DNA of 64,000 bases from Burkholderiaceae bacterium (GTDB lineage Bacteria; Pseudomonadota; Gammaproteobacteria; Burkholderiales; Burkholderiaceae_E): positions 128,702 to 192,701 of the forward strand of contig JAXMEE010000012.1 of the NCBI GenBank assembly GCA_046348465.1, read 5' to 3'. The position numbers were made by a program, and so were the translations under genes. Under the pieces are notes generated by a model. It was not told where the DNA came from, did no database searches, and was given only the letters and a program-made list of their open reading frames with translations. This document shows, piece after piece, positions 43,621 to 53,408 of this stretch. The first letter of the stretch is position 1. Each line of letters starts with the position of its first letter.

Positions 43621-44883
43621 ATGCGAAGCCTGCACGCGCGCTGGATGATGACCGGCAATGGGTGGCTCGCCGACGCGATGGTCACGATCGTCGGCGGGCG
43701 GGTGTTCGAGGTGCGCGGCGGCGTCTGGCCGCGCCCGGCGCAGGCGCGCCCGGTCGACCTGCTCGTTCCGGGCATGCCGGACGCCCACTGCCACGCCTTC
43801 CAGCACCAGATCGCCGGCCTCGCGGAAGGCGCGAGCGGCAGCGGCGACAGCTTCTGGACCTGGCGCGAGCGCATGTACGAGGCGGTCGATCTCCTGTCGC
43901 CCGAGCGCCTGCGGGTCGAGGCAACCCGCGCGTACCGCCGCCTGCGCGCGAACGGGTACACGTCGGTCGCCGAGTTTCACTACGTCCATCACGCGGGCGG
44001 CGCGCACCCGCTGGAGTCCGCGCTCGCGCTCGCCGAGGCCGCGCGTTCGGCCGGGCTGCGGCTGCTGCTGCTGCCGGTGCTCTACCGGCGCGGCGGGTTC
44101 GGCGGCGAGCCGCTGTCGGACCGACAGGGCGCTTTCGCGCTCGACCCCGACGCCTACGGCGCGCTGCTGGCCGCGCTCGCCGCCCGCGCCGACGCTGCGT
44201 TCACGCTCGGCGTCGCGCCGCACTCGCTGCGCGCCGTCGGCGCCGACGACCTCTGGCGCCTGATGGAGATCCGCGCGCAGGTCGTGCCCGGATGCCCCGT
44301 GCACATCCACGTGAGCGAGCAGGCCGCCGAGGTCGAGGCCGCGCGCGCGCACCTGGGAACGACCCCGATCGACTGGCTGTGCGTGCACGCGCCGGTCGAT
44401 TCGAGCTGGACGATGGTGCACGCCACGCACGCGACCGGCGCCGAGCTGCGCGAGCTCGCGCGCCGCGGCGCCACCGTCTGCGTGTGCACCACCACCGAGG
44501 CGAACCTCGGCGACGGCGCCTTCGACATCGACGCCTGGTGGGCGCTCGGCGGCGGGCTCGCGGTCGGCAGCGACAGCAACGTCGGCGTCGACCCCGCCGA
44601 GGAACTGCGCTGGCTCGAGTACCAGGCGCGCCTGAGGAAGCAGCGGCGCGCGCTGCTGGTCGACGCGGCGTCGCCGCACCCCGGCAGCGCGCTGTGGCGG
44701 CGCGCGGTCGCGGGCGGGCGGCGTGCCTTCGGGATCGTGCAGCGCGGCATCGAGGTCGGCGCGCCGGCCGAACTGCTGGCGCTCACCGTCGACGATCCGC
44801 GCACGACCCCGGACGAGGCGATGGACGATTTCGTTTTTGCGCGGCGGGCCACGCGGATGCTCGTCGAGGACGCGCGCCGGTGA
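43621..44883 (+). CDS. hutF: formimidoylglutamate deiminase
   Basis: [11 protein letters not shown] (HxH), [45 protein letters not shown]. Confidence 0.92.
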   Translation: MRSLHARWMMTGNGWLADAMVTIVGGRVFEVRGGVWPRPAQARPVDLLVPGMPDAHCHAFQHQIAGLAEGASGSGDSFWTWRERMYEAVDLLSPERLRVEATRAYRRLRANGYTSVAEFHYVHHAGGAHPLESALALAEAARSAGLRLLLLPVLYRRGGFGGEPLSDRQGAFALDPDAYGALLAALAARADAAFTLGVAPHSLRAVGADDLWRLMEIRAQVVPGCPVHIHVSEQAAEVEAARAHLGTTPIDWLCVHAPVDSSWTMVHATHATGAELRELARRGATVCVCTTTEANLGDGAFDIDAWWALGGGLAVGSDSNVGVDPAEELRWLEYQARLRKQRRALLVDAASPHPGSALWRRAVAGGRRAFGIVQRGIEVGAPAELLALTVDDPRTTPDEAMDDFVFARRATRMLVEDARR

Positions 44884-45074
44884 TGTAATGGCGCGCCCCG
44901 GGCGGCGCGCCCCGGGCGCGCTCCGGCGGGCGGCAGGTGGGGAGCGCGGCGGGCCGCGCGATTCCGTGAGGGTTTTCACGTCCCTCGCGAACCGGAAACC
45001 CGACATAATCCAGGGTCGCCCGCCGGGCCGTACGTCGGCGCTCGTCCAACGTTCGAGGTCTTCGAGCCGTCCCA

Positions 45075-46421
45075 ATGAGCATTGCGTCCCGCGTCGTCTC
45101 CGTCGTGATCCTCGCCGGCATCGCCGCCGGCGGATACGCGTTGTACCAGCAGCAGCAGGTCCAGAAGCAGGCCGCGGACGCCGGCAGGAAGGGGGCGTCG
45201 AAAGGGGGCGGCGGGCAGCCCCCGGTGCCGGTCGTGATCGCGCCGGTGGAGACGCGCAGCGTGCCGGTGAAGCTGAACCTGGTCGGGCGCGCCGAGGCGT
45301 TCTCGTCGGTGACGCTGCGCGCGCGCGCCGACGGGCAGGTGGTCCAGACGCTCTACACGCCGGGGATGCACGTCCGCAAGGGCCAGGTGATGGTGCGCCT
45401 GGACTCGCGCGCGATCCAGGCTCAGGTCCAGCAGGGCGAGGCGAACCTCGCGCGCGACCGGGCCCAGCTCGACAAGGCGAAGTCCGACCTGGCCCGTTAC
45501 ACCGACCTGCTCGCCAAGGGCTTCATCTCGCCGGCACAGCTCGAGACCTACCGGGCCACCGTCGACACGCTCGACGCGACCGTCAAGGCCGACATCGCGT
45601 CGCTCGAGCTGCTGCGGGTGCAGCTCACGTACACGACGATCGAGGCGCCGATGGACGGCGTCGCGGGCGCGGTGCTGGTCTTTCCCGGCGGCGGGGTGAA
45701 GGCCAACGACACGCCGCTGGTCGTGATCAACCAGCTGCGCCCGCTGTACGTCACGTTCGCGGTGCCCGAGACGCAACTGCGCGAGGTGAATCGCGACCGC
45801 CTCGCCGAGCGGCTGCGCGTGGACGCGCGCATCCCCGGACCGGGCTCGGAGCCGGTGAGCGGCCAGCTCGTGTTCGTCGACAACGCGGTCGATTCCACGA
45901 CCGGCACCATCCAGATGAAGGCGCGCTTCGACAACGCGAACGAGCGCCTGACGCCCGGCCAGTTCGTCGAGGTCTCGATGACCCTGCGCAACATCGACGA
46001 CGCGCTGGTGATCCCGAACGAGGCGCTGCAGACCGGGCCCGAGGGGACCTACGTCTACGTCGCGAAGACGGACCAGACGGTGGAGGTTCGCAAAGTGCAG
46101 ACGCGCCCGGCCGATTCGCAGCGGCTGATCGTGCTGCAGGGGCTGGGCGCCGGCGAGAAGGTGGTCACCGACGGCCAGGTCCGGCTGACGCCGGGGTCGC
46201 GCTGGGCGTCGCGCGAGACCCCGAAGGGCGGGCCCGGAGGCGAGAAGGGGTCCGCCGCCGCGAAGGGTCCGGGCGGCGACCCGGCCAGGGGCGACCCGGC
46301 CAAGTCCGACGGCGCTGCGCCCGGGAAGCCGGCGGAGACCTCCGTGGGCAAGACCGAGGCGCCGCCCGCGAAGGGCTCCGAGGCGACGCGCGAATACGGC
46401 AAGGGCAAGGGCAAGGCGTAA
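45075..46421 (+). CDS. RND efflux periplasmic adaptor (MFP, MdtA-like)
   Basis: N-terminal TM anchor; coiled-coil hairpin; IEAPMDG; VDNAVDSTTGTI; G/K/P-rich tail. Confidence 0.92.
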   Translation: MSIASRVVSVVILAGIAAGGYALYQQQQVQKQAADAGRKGASKGGGGQPPVPVVIAPVETRSVPVKLNLVGRAEAFSSVTLRARADGQVVQTLYTPGMHVRKGQVMVRLDSRAIQAQVQQGEANLARDRAQLDKAKSDLARYTDLLAKGFISPAQLETYRATVDTLDATVKADIASLELLRVQLTYTTIEAPMDGVAGAVLVFPGGGVKANDTPLVVINQLRPLYVTFAVPETQLREVNRDRLAERLRVDARIPGPGSEPVSGQLVFVDNAVDSTTGTIQMKARFDNANERLTPGQFVEVSMTLRNIDDALVIPNEALQTGPEGTYVYVAKTDQTVEVRKVQTRPADSQRLIVLQGLGAGEKVVTDGQVRLTPGSRWASRETPKGGPGGEKGSAAAKGPGGDPARGDPAKSDGAAPGKPAETSVGKTEAPPAKGSEATREYGKGKGKA

Positions 46422-46517
46422 CGCCGGTCGGGGCGCGGTGATCTCGACGGCCGGATTCGGCCGCGCCGCCGACGGATACGACGGGACGACGAGCCGTTCC
46501 GCACCAGGAGAGCAACG

Positions 46518-49500
46518 ATGAACCTGCCCGAGTTGTGCATCCGAAGGCCGGTGATGACCACGCTGCTGATGGCGGCGTTCGTCGTGTTCGGAAGCCTCGC
46601 GTACTTCAGGCTGCCGGTCAGCGAGCTGCCGAACGTCGACTTCCCGTCGATCTCGGTCACCGCGCAGTTGCCGGGCGCGTCGCCCGAGACGATGGCCGCC
46701 GCGGTCGCCACGCCGCTCGAGGGCCAGTTCTCGACGATCGCCGGCCTCGACTCCATGAGCTCGGTCAGCGGCCAGGGCGTCACCGCGATCACGCTCACGT
46801 TCGCGCTCGAGCGCAACATCGACGCCGCGGCGCAGGACGTGCAGTCCGCGCTCGCGACCGCCGCGCGCAAGCTGCCGGTGGAGATGACGGTCCCGCCGTC
46901 GTTCCGCAAGGTCAACCCGGCCGACTCCCCGATCTTCTACCTCGCCCTGAGCTCGCCGACGCTGCCGCTGTCCACCGTCAACGAATACGCGGAGACCCAG
47001 CTCGCGCAGCGGCTCTCGACGGTGTCGGGCGTCGCGCAGGTGCTGGTGTTCGGCTCCCAGAAATACGCGGTGCGCGTCCAGGTCGACCCGAACCGGCTGG
47101 CCGCGATGGGCGTGGGCATCGACGAGGTGCAGCAGGCGATCGCGCAGAACAACGTCAACAAGCCCACCGGCATCCTGGAGGGGAGCCGGCAGGCGCTCGC
47201 GGTGCGCTCGAACGGCCAGCTCGAGAACGCGAAGGCGTACCGGCCGCTCACCGTCGTCTACCGCAACGGCGCGCCGGTGCGGCTGGGCGAGGTCGCGAAC
47301 GTCATCGACAGCGTCGAGAACACCAAGGTCGCCGGCTGGTTCAACGGGCAGCGCGCGATCGTGCTCGCGGTGCAGCGCCAGCCGGGCTCGAACACGGTCG
47401 CGACGGTCGACGCGATCAAGAAGGTGCTGCCGGCGTTCCAGGCCAAGCTGCCGGCGTCGATCTCGCTGAACGTGATGTACGACCGCACCGAGTCGATCCG
47501 CGAGTCGGTGGACGACGTCAAGTTCACCCTGGTGCTCGCCGGGGTGCTGGTGGTGCTCGTGATCTTCCTGTTCCTGCGCAACCTGTCGGCGACGGTGATC
47601 CCCAGCGTCGCGCTGCCGATCTCGGTGATCGGCACGTTCGCGCTGATGTACGCGCTCGGCTACAGCCTGGACAACCTGTCGCTGCTCGCGCTCACGCTGG
47701 CGGTCGGCTTCGTCGTCGACGACGCGATCGTGATGCTCGAGAACATCGTGCGCCACATCGAGAACGGCGAGCCGCCGATGCAGGCGGCGTTCAAGGGGTC
47801 GAAGGAGATCGGGTTCACGATCATCTCGATGACGCTGTCGCTGATCGCGGTGTTCATCCCGGTGATGTTCATGCGCGGGATCGTCGGGCGGCTGCTGCAC
47901 GAGTTCGCGGTCACGATCTGCATCGCGATCCTCGTCTCCGGGCTGGTGTCGCTGACGCTCACGCCGATGCTGTGCAGCCGCTTCGTGCGTTCGCACCACG
48001 GCGAGAAACACGGATGGCTGTTCAACCTGTTCGAGCGCGGCTTCGACCTGATGCGCCGCGCGTACGACGTGTCGCTGCGCTGGTCGCTCGACAATCGCGT
48101 GGTCGTCATGATCGTGTTCGTCGCGACCTTCGTCTTCACCGCGATGCTCTACGGGATGGTCTCCAAGGAGTTCCTGCCGCCCGGCGACACGGGGCAGCTG
48201 CTCGCCTACACCGAAGGCGGCCAGGACACTTCGTTCCGCGCGATGGTCGAACGGCAGATGCGGGTCGCCGAGATCGTCTCGAAGCACCCGGACATCGAGT
48301 CGGTGAACTCCACGGTGGGCCCGGTCGGCGGGCGCGTGAACTCCAACAGCGGCACCATCTTCATGCGGCTGAAGCCGCACGCGGTGCGCCAGCACACGCC
48401 GGTCGAGATCATCCAGGATCTGCGCCGCAGGGTCGCGCCGGTGCCGGGCATCCGCGTGAGCTTCCAGAACCCGCCGCCGATCCGCATCGGCGGGCAGCTC
48501 ACGAACGCGCAGTACCAGTACACGCTGCAGGGCAGCGACCTCGCCGAGCTCTCGCAGTGGTCCAACGTGCTGCTGCGCCGCTTCCGCGAGATTCCCGGGC
48601 TGCAGGACGTGGTCTCGAACCTGTACAACAACAGCCCGACGATGACGCTGGAGATCGACCGCGACCGGCTCGCGCCGCTCGGGCTCACCGCGGGCCAGGT
48701 TCAGGACGCGCTCACCAGCTCGTTCAGCACGCGGCAGGTCTCGACGATCTACGGCACGCTCGCGCAGTACCAGGTGATCCTGGAGGTCGCGCCCGAGTTC
48801 CAGCTCGACCCGGCGGTGCTCTCCAAGATCTACGTGCGCTCGTCGCAGGGACGGCTCGTTCCGCTGGACACGGTCGCGCGCTTCAGGCGCTCGAACCAGG
48901 TGCTCACGGTCAATCACCAGGGGCAGCTGCCGTCGGTGACGATCTCGTTCAACCTCGCGCCCGGAACGTCGCTGGGCGACGCGGTCGACCGCGTGCGCGC
49001 GGCCGAGCGCGAGATGAACCTGCCGGTGTCGCTGAACGGCAGCTTCCAGGGCACCGCGCAGGCGTTCCAGGACTCGCTGCAGGGCATGGGCGTGCTGCTG
49101 ATCGTCGCGGTGCTGGTCATCTACATCGTGCTCGGCATCCTCTACGAGAGCTTCTACCACCCGCTGACGATCCTCTCCGGCCTGCCGTCGGCGGGCCTGG
49201 GCGCGCTGCTCACGCTGCTGATCTTCAAGATCGACCTGAGCCTGTACGCGTTCGTCGGCATCATCATGCTGATCGGGATCGTGAAGAAGAACGCGATCAT
49301 GATGATCGACTTCGCGATCGAGAAGGAGCGCCACGAGGGCGCCACGCCCGAGGCCGCGATCTACGAGGCCTGCCTGATCCGCTTCCGGCCGATCATGATG
49401 ACGACGATGGCGGCGCTCGCCGGCACGCTGCCGGTGGCGATCGGCATGGGCGCGGGCGGCGAGTCGCGCACGCCGCTGGGCATGGCGGTGGTCGGCGGTC

Positions 49501-49679
49501 TGGTGGTCTCGCAGCTGCTCACCCTGTACCTGACGCCGGTCATCTACATCTACATGGACAAGCTCGTGAAGCGGCTGCGCGGCGGGAAGAAGCGCGCGAC
49601 GGTGATCGCGCCCGCGATCCCGCCGGTGTCGGCGTCGCCGGATCCGATCGTGGCGGGGGGCGCGGGCGGCGGGAGCTGA
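46518..49679 (+). CDS. RND efflux permease (MdtB/MdtC-like)
   Basis: IRRPVMTT, VGFVVDDAIV, GIVKKNAIM, RFRPIMMTT proton-relay motifs; 1053 aa. Confidence 0.95.
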   Translation: MNLPELCIRRPVMTTLLMAAFVVFGSLAYFRLPVSELPNVDFPSISVTAQLPGASPETMAAAVATPLEGQFSTIAGLDSMSSVSGQGVTAITLTFALERNIDAAAQDVQSALATAARKLPVEMTVPPSFRKVNPADSPIFYLALSSPTLPLSTVNEYAETQLAQRLSTVSGVAQVLVFGSQKYAVRVQVDPNRLAAMGVGIDEVQQAIAQNNVNKPTGILEGSRQALAVRSNGQLENAKAYRPLTVVYRNGAPVRLGEVANVIDSVENTKVAGWFNGQRAIVLAVQRQPGSNTVATVDAIKKVLPAFQAKLPASISLNVMYDRTESIRESVDDVKFTLVLAGVLVVLVIFLFLRNLSATVIPSVALPISVIGTFALMYALGYSLDNLSLLALTLAVGFVVDDAIVMLENIVRHIENGEPPMQAAFKGSKEIGFTIISMTLSLIAVFIPVMFMRGIVGRLLHEFAVTICIAILVSGLVSLTLTPMLCSRFVRSHHGEKHGWLFNLFERGFDLMRRAYDVSLRWSLDNRVVVMIVFVATFVFTAMLYGMVSKEFLPPGDTGQLLAYTEGGQDTSFRAMVERQMRVAEIVSKHPDIESVNSTVGPVGGRVNSNSGTIFMRLKPHAVRQHTPVEIIQDLRRRVAPVPGIRVSFQNPPPIRIGGQLTNAQYQYTLQGSDLAELSQWSNVLLRRFREIPGLQDVVSNLYNNSPTMTLEIDRDRLAPLGLTAGQVQDALTSSFSTRQVSTIYGTLAQYQVILEVAPEFQLDPAVLSKIYVRSSQGRLVPLDTVARFRRSNQVLTVNHQGQLPSVTISFNLAPGTSLGDAVDRVRAAEREMNLPVSLNGSFQGTAQAFQDSLQGMGVLLIVAVLVIYIVLGILYESFYHPLTILSGLPSAGLGALLTLLIFKIDLSLYAFVGIIMLIGIVKKNAIMMIDFAIEKERHEGATPEAAIYEACLIRFRPIMMTTMAALAGTLPVAIGMGAGGESRTPLGMAVVGGLVVSQLLTLYLTPVIYIYMDKLVKRLRGGKKRATVIAPAIPPVSASPDPIVAGGAGGGS

Positions 49680-49698
49680 GCGGCCGCGGGCGGGCCGT

Positions 49699-50694
49699 CT
49701 ACTCGAGCCGGATGCCCGCCGCGCGGATCACGCGCGTCCACTTCTCGATCTCGGCGCGGATCAGCGCGTCGTACTGTGCCGGGCTCGAGCCGACCGCCTC
49801 GGCGCCGAGGCTCGCCATGCGCTCGACGACGTCGGGCGCGCGCGCGGCGCGCGCGACGTCGGCGCCGATGCGTTCGACGATCTCGCGCGGCGTTCCCGCG
49901 GCGACGATCACGCCGATCACGCTGACCGCCGAGAAGCCGGGCAGGGTCTCGGCGATCGTCGGGATGTCGCGCGCGACCGACGCGCGCGTCGGGCTCGCCA
50001 GCGCGATCGGCCTCAGGCGCCCCTGCGTCACGAACGGCAGCGCCGACGCGAGCACGTCGATCAGCAGCGGGACGCGCCCGCCGACGACGTCCTGCTGGGC
50101 TTGCGCGCTGCCCTTGTACGGCACGTGGACGAGGTCGATGCCGGCGGCCGCCTCGAGCAGCTCGCCGGTGAGGTGCGTGCCGTTGCCGATGCCGGTCGAC
50201 GCGAACGCGATCCGCCCCGGCGAGCGCTTCGCGAGCGCGATCAGCTCGGGCAGCGTACGGGCCTCGAACGACGGGTGCGCGAACACGCCGAAGTGCGTGA
50301 ACGCGACCTGCGAGACGCCGGCGAGGTCGCGCAGGGTGTCGTAGGGCAGGCTCGGCTGCAGCGCCGGGTTCGTCAGGTGCGAGAGGATCGCCATGCCGAG
50401 CGTGTAGCCGTCGGGTGCCGCCTTGGCGACGGCGTCGGTGCCGACGATGGTTCCGGCCCCCGGCTTGTGGTCGAGGGTGACCGGCTGCTGCCACCCCTTC
50501 TGCAGCTCGTGGGCGATCAGGCGTGCGATCGTGTCGGTCGCGCCGCCGGGCGGGAACGGCACGACGAGGCGCACCGGGCGCGAGGGCCACGCGTCCGCCG
50601 CGCGCAGCGGGCGGGACAGCGTCGCGGCGGCGGTCGCGAGCAGCGCGAGCGACGCGAGGCGCCGGCGCGCGAGGCAGGTCGGGTGGATCGACAT
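49699..50694 (-). CDS. Bug/TctC family substrate-binding protein
   Basis: [32 protein letters not shown]. Confidence 0.92.
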   Translation of the reverse strand: MSIHPTCLARRRLASLALLATAAATLSRPLRAADAWPSRPVRLVVPFPPGGATDTIARLIAHELQKGWQQPVTLDHKPGAGTIVGTDAVAKAAPDGYTLGMAILSHLTNPALQPSLPYDTLRDLAGVSQVAFTHFGVFAHPSFEARTLPELIALAKRSPGRIAFASTGIGNGTHLTGELLEAAAGIDLVHVPYKGSAQAQQDVVGGRVPLLIDVLASALPFVTQGRLRPIALASPTRASVARDIPTIAETLPGFSAVSVIGVIVAAGTPREIVERIGADVARAARAPDVVERMASLGAEAVGSSPAQYDALIRAEIEKWTRVIRAAGIRLE

Positions 50695-50841
50695 CGGGCG
50701 ACTCCTCGCCGGGCTCGCGCCGAATTCCCAAGCGGGGCCCGCCAGGCGTATTCTACGCCATAGGCTCAACACGGCCGGCGGGAACCCGGGGCACCGCCGG
50801 CGCCGTGCCGATCCGGCGCCCGGCCGCGAGCGAGCGTACCG

Positions 50842-52320
50842 ATGAACATCGCGGATCTCCTCGGCGAGCAGCACGCGTTGCGTCCCGACGCGCCTGCGGT
50901 GATCCGCGGCGGCGAGACGGTCGGCTACGCCGCGCTCGACGACTGGGTGTGGCGCACGGCGGCGGCGCTGCGCGATCGCGGCGTGACCCCCGGCGAAGTG
51001 GTCGCGACGCACTTCGTCGACGAGCTTCACGGGCTGGTCGCGACGCTCGCGCTCGCCCGCGTCGGTGCGAGCGTGTTCACGCTCGCGGTGTCCGATCCCG
51101 CGCTCGCCCGCGAACGCGAGGCGGCTTCGGTGGGCGCCGCCCGGCTGCTCACCGACGACGCCGGCGCGCACGCCGCCGGTCTGGCGCCGTGCGTGGTCGA
51201 CCTCGACGCGATCCGCTCGGGCACGGCGCCCGTCGACGCTTCGGTGCGCGCCGACGCCCCCGCCGCGCCGTGGCTGATCCTGACCGGCTCCGGTTCCACC
51301 GGCCGCCCGAAGCGGATGCACCTGCACCACCGCACGACCTTCGAGCGCAACGCGGTGCAGCGCGACGCGATGCCGATCGCGCCCGGCGAGCGCGTCCTGT
51401 GCATGGCGTCGGTCGAGTTCGGGCTCACGAAGCAGCGATACGTCGAGGCGATCGCGTTCGGCGCGACCGTCGTGATGTACGACCGTGCGACCGAGGGCCC
51501 GCTCGCGGTCTGCCGCGCGCACTCGGTCGACGTGCTGCACGCGTCGGTCTTCCACGTGGAGTCGCTGCTCGCGCGGGTGCCGGCCGATCGCGTCCGCGTG
51601 CTCGAGGGCCTGCGCGTGCTGCGCATCGGCAGCTCGTTCGTGAGCGACTCGCTCAAGCAGCGCGCGATGCGCACGCTGACGCCCAACGTCTACGTGATCT
51701 ACGCGCTCAACGAGCTCGGCATCGCGAGCGTCGCCCGGCCCGAGGACTTCACGCCGGGCCGGACCCGGCCCGGCAGCGTCGGCCGCCCGCCGTCGCTGAT
51801 CGAGCTCCAGGTCGTCGACGCGCAGGGCGAGCCGGTGCCGGACGGCACGGTCGGGCTGATCCGCGTCCGCGGGCCGGGCCTGGTCGACGGATACGCCGGC
51901 GACCCCGAGGCGAGCGCGAGTGCCTTCCGGGGCGGCTGGTTCTACCCGGGCGACCTCGGCGTGCGCTCGCCGCAGGGCGACCTCGTCTTCTCGGGACGGG
52001 CCGACCAGATGATGATCCTCGACGGCATCAACATCTACCCGGCGGAGATCGAGAACGCGCTGATGTCGCACCCCGCGGTTCGAGACGCGGCGGCGTTTCC
52101 GCTCGCCTCCGAGCTGCACCACCAGGTGCCGGTGTGCGTGGTGGTGCTCGACGACGCGGCGGGCGTCGACGCGAATTCCCTTCGGCAATGGGCGCGCGAA
52201 CGGCTCGGCGCGCGCGCGCCGCGGCGGGTCATTCGGGTCGCGGAGATCCCGCGCAACGAGTCCGGAAAGCTGCAGCGCGCGGAGCTCGCGCGCGTCCTCG
52301 GCGCCGCGTCGGGCGGCTGA
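50842..52320 (+). CDS. class I adenylate-forming enzyme (AMP-binding, acyl-CoA ligase-like)
   Basis: TGSGSTGRPK, YALNE, FYPGDLG, GRADQM..NIYPAEIE, PRNESGK. Confidence 0.88.
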   Translation: MNIADLLGEQHALRPDAPAVIRGGETVGYAALDDWVWRTAAALRDRGVTPGEVVATHFVDELHGLVATLALARVGASVFTLAVSDPALAREREAASVGAARLLTDDAGAHAAGLAPCVVDLDAIRSGTAPVDASVRADAPAAPWLILTGSGSTGRPKRMHLHHRTTFERNAVQRDAMPIAPGERVLCMASVEFGLTKQRYVEAIAFGATVVMYDRATEGPLAVCRAHSVDVLHASVFHVESLLARVPADRVRVLEGLRVLRIGSSFVSDSLKQRAMRTLTPNVYVIYALNELGIASVARPEDFTPGRTRPGSVGRPPSLIELQVVDAQGEPVPDGTVGLIRVRGPGLVDGYAGDPEASASAFRGGWFYPGDLGVRSPQGDLVFSGRADQMMILDGINIYPAEIENALMSHPAVRDAAAFPLASELHHQVPVCVVVLDDAAGVDANSLRQWARERLGARAPRRVIRVAEIPRNESGKLQRAELARVLGAASGG

Positions 52321-52396
52321 GGCGCGGCCGGTGGCTTGCCAGCGCGCGGCCGAGCGGAGATCATCGCGAGTCCCGAACGCAGCAGGAGACCGAAGC

Positions 52397-53392
52397 ATGC
52401 CGAATCGTGTGACGTCGCGCGACAGGCGCGGCTGGCTCGCCGCCGGTGCGGCACTCGCCGCGCAGGGCGCTCTCGCCCCGCGCGCCTTCGCGCAGTCGGG
52501 CTACCCGTCGAAGCAGGTGCGAATCATCGTGCCGTTCCCGGCGGCCGGCGGCGCCGACCTCGGCGCGCGCCAGCTCTCGACGCACCTGGCGGCCGCGCTC
52601 GGCAAGCCGGTGGTGGTGGAGAACCGCGCCGGCGCCGACGGCGCGATCGCGGCGCAGGAAGCCGCGCGCTCGGCGCCTGACGGCCACACGATCTACTTCG
52701 CGACCGCGAGCTCGCTGTCGTACCTGCCCGCGGTGCGCAAGTCGCTGCAATTCGACCCGGTCGCGGACTTCGCGCCGGTCACGAAGTTCGTCACGTTCAC
52801 GTTCTTCCTGATGGTGCACGAGAGCGTGCCGGGGCGCACGCTCGAGGAGGTGCTCGCGCACGTGCGCGCGAATCCCGGCAAGCTCAGCTTCGGCACCGCC
52901 AACTCCACCGGCATCCTCGCGAGCGCGCAGCTCGCCAAGAGCGCGAACCTCGACATGGTCCACGTGCCGTACAAGGGGGAGTCGCAGACCGTCGTGGACC
53001 TGACGACGGGACGCATCCAGCTGTTCTGGGCGACGCCGGCGATCACGGCGACGCTGCTCAAGGACAACAAGACGCGCGCGCTCGCGGTGCTTCTGCCCTC
53101 GCGCAGCGCGCTGATGCCCGACGTGCCGACGATCGCCGAGGCCGGGCAGCCGCTGGTCGACATCTCGCCCTGGGGCGCGATGTTCGTGCCGGCGAAGACG
53201 CCGCGCGAGATCGTCGACCGCCTCAACCGCGAGATCAATTCGGTGATGAACCGTCCGGACCTGCGCGAGCAGATGGACAAGCTCGGGCTGCCGATGAAGG
53301 GCAGCACGCCCGAGGAGTGCGGCGCGTTCCTGAAGGACCAGATCGCGGCGTTCAACCGCGCGGCGCGCCAGGCGGGCATCCCGCAGGAGTGA
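52397..53392 (+). CDS. Bug/TctC family substrate-binding protein
   Basis: AGGAG RBS; YPSKQVRIIVPFPAAGGAD, VENRAGADG, HVPYKG. Confidence 0.92.
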   Translation: MPNRVTSRDRRGWLAAGAALAAQGALAPRAFAQSGYPSKQVRIIVPFPAAGGADLGARQLSTHLAAALGKPVVVENRAGADGAIAAQEAARSAPDGHTIYFATASSLSYLPAVRKSLQFDPVADFAPVTKFVTFTFFLMVHESVPGRTLEEVLAHVRANPGKLSFGTANSTGILASAQLAKSANLDMVHVPYKGESQTVVDLTTGRIQLFWATPAITATLLKDNKTRALAVLLPSRSALMPDVPTIAEAGQPLVDISPWGAMFVPAKTPREIVDRLNREINSVMNRPDLREQMDKLGLPMKGSTPEECGAFLKDQIAAFNRAARQAGIPQE

Positions 53393-53408
53393 CGGGCGGG
53401 GTCCCCTC

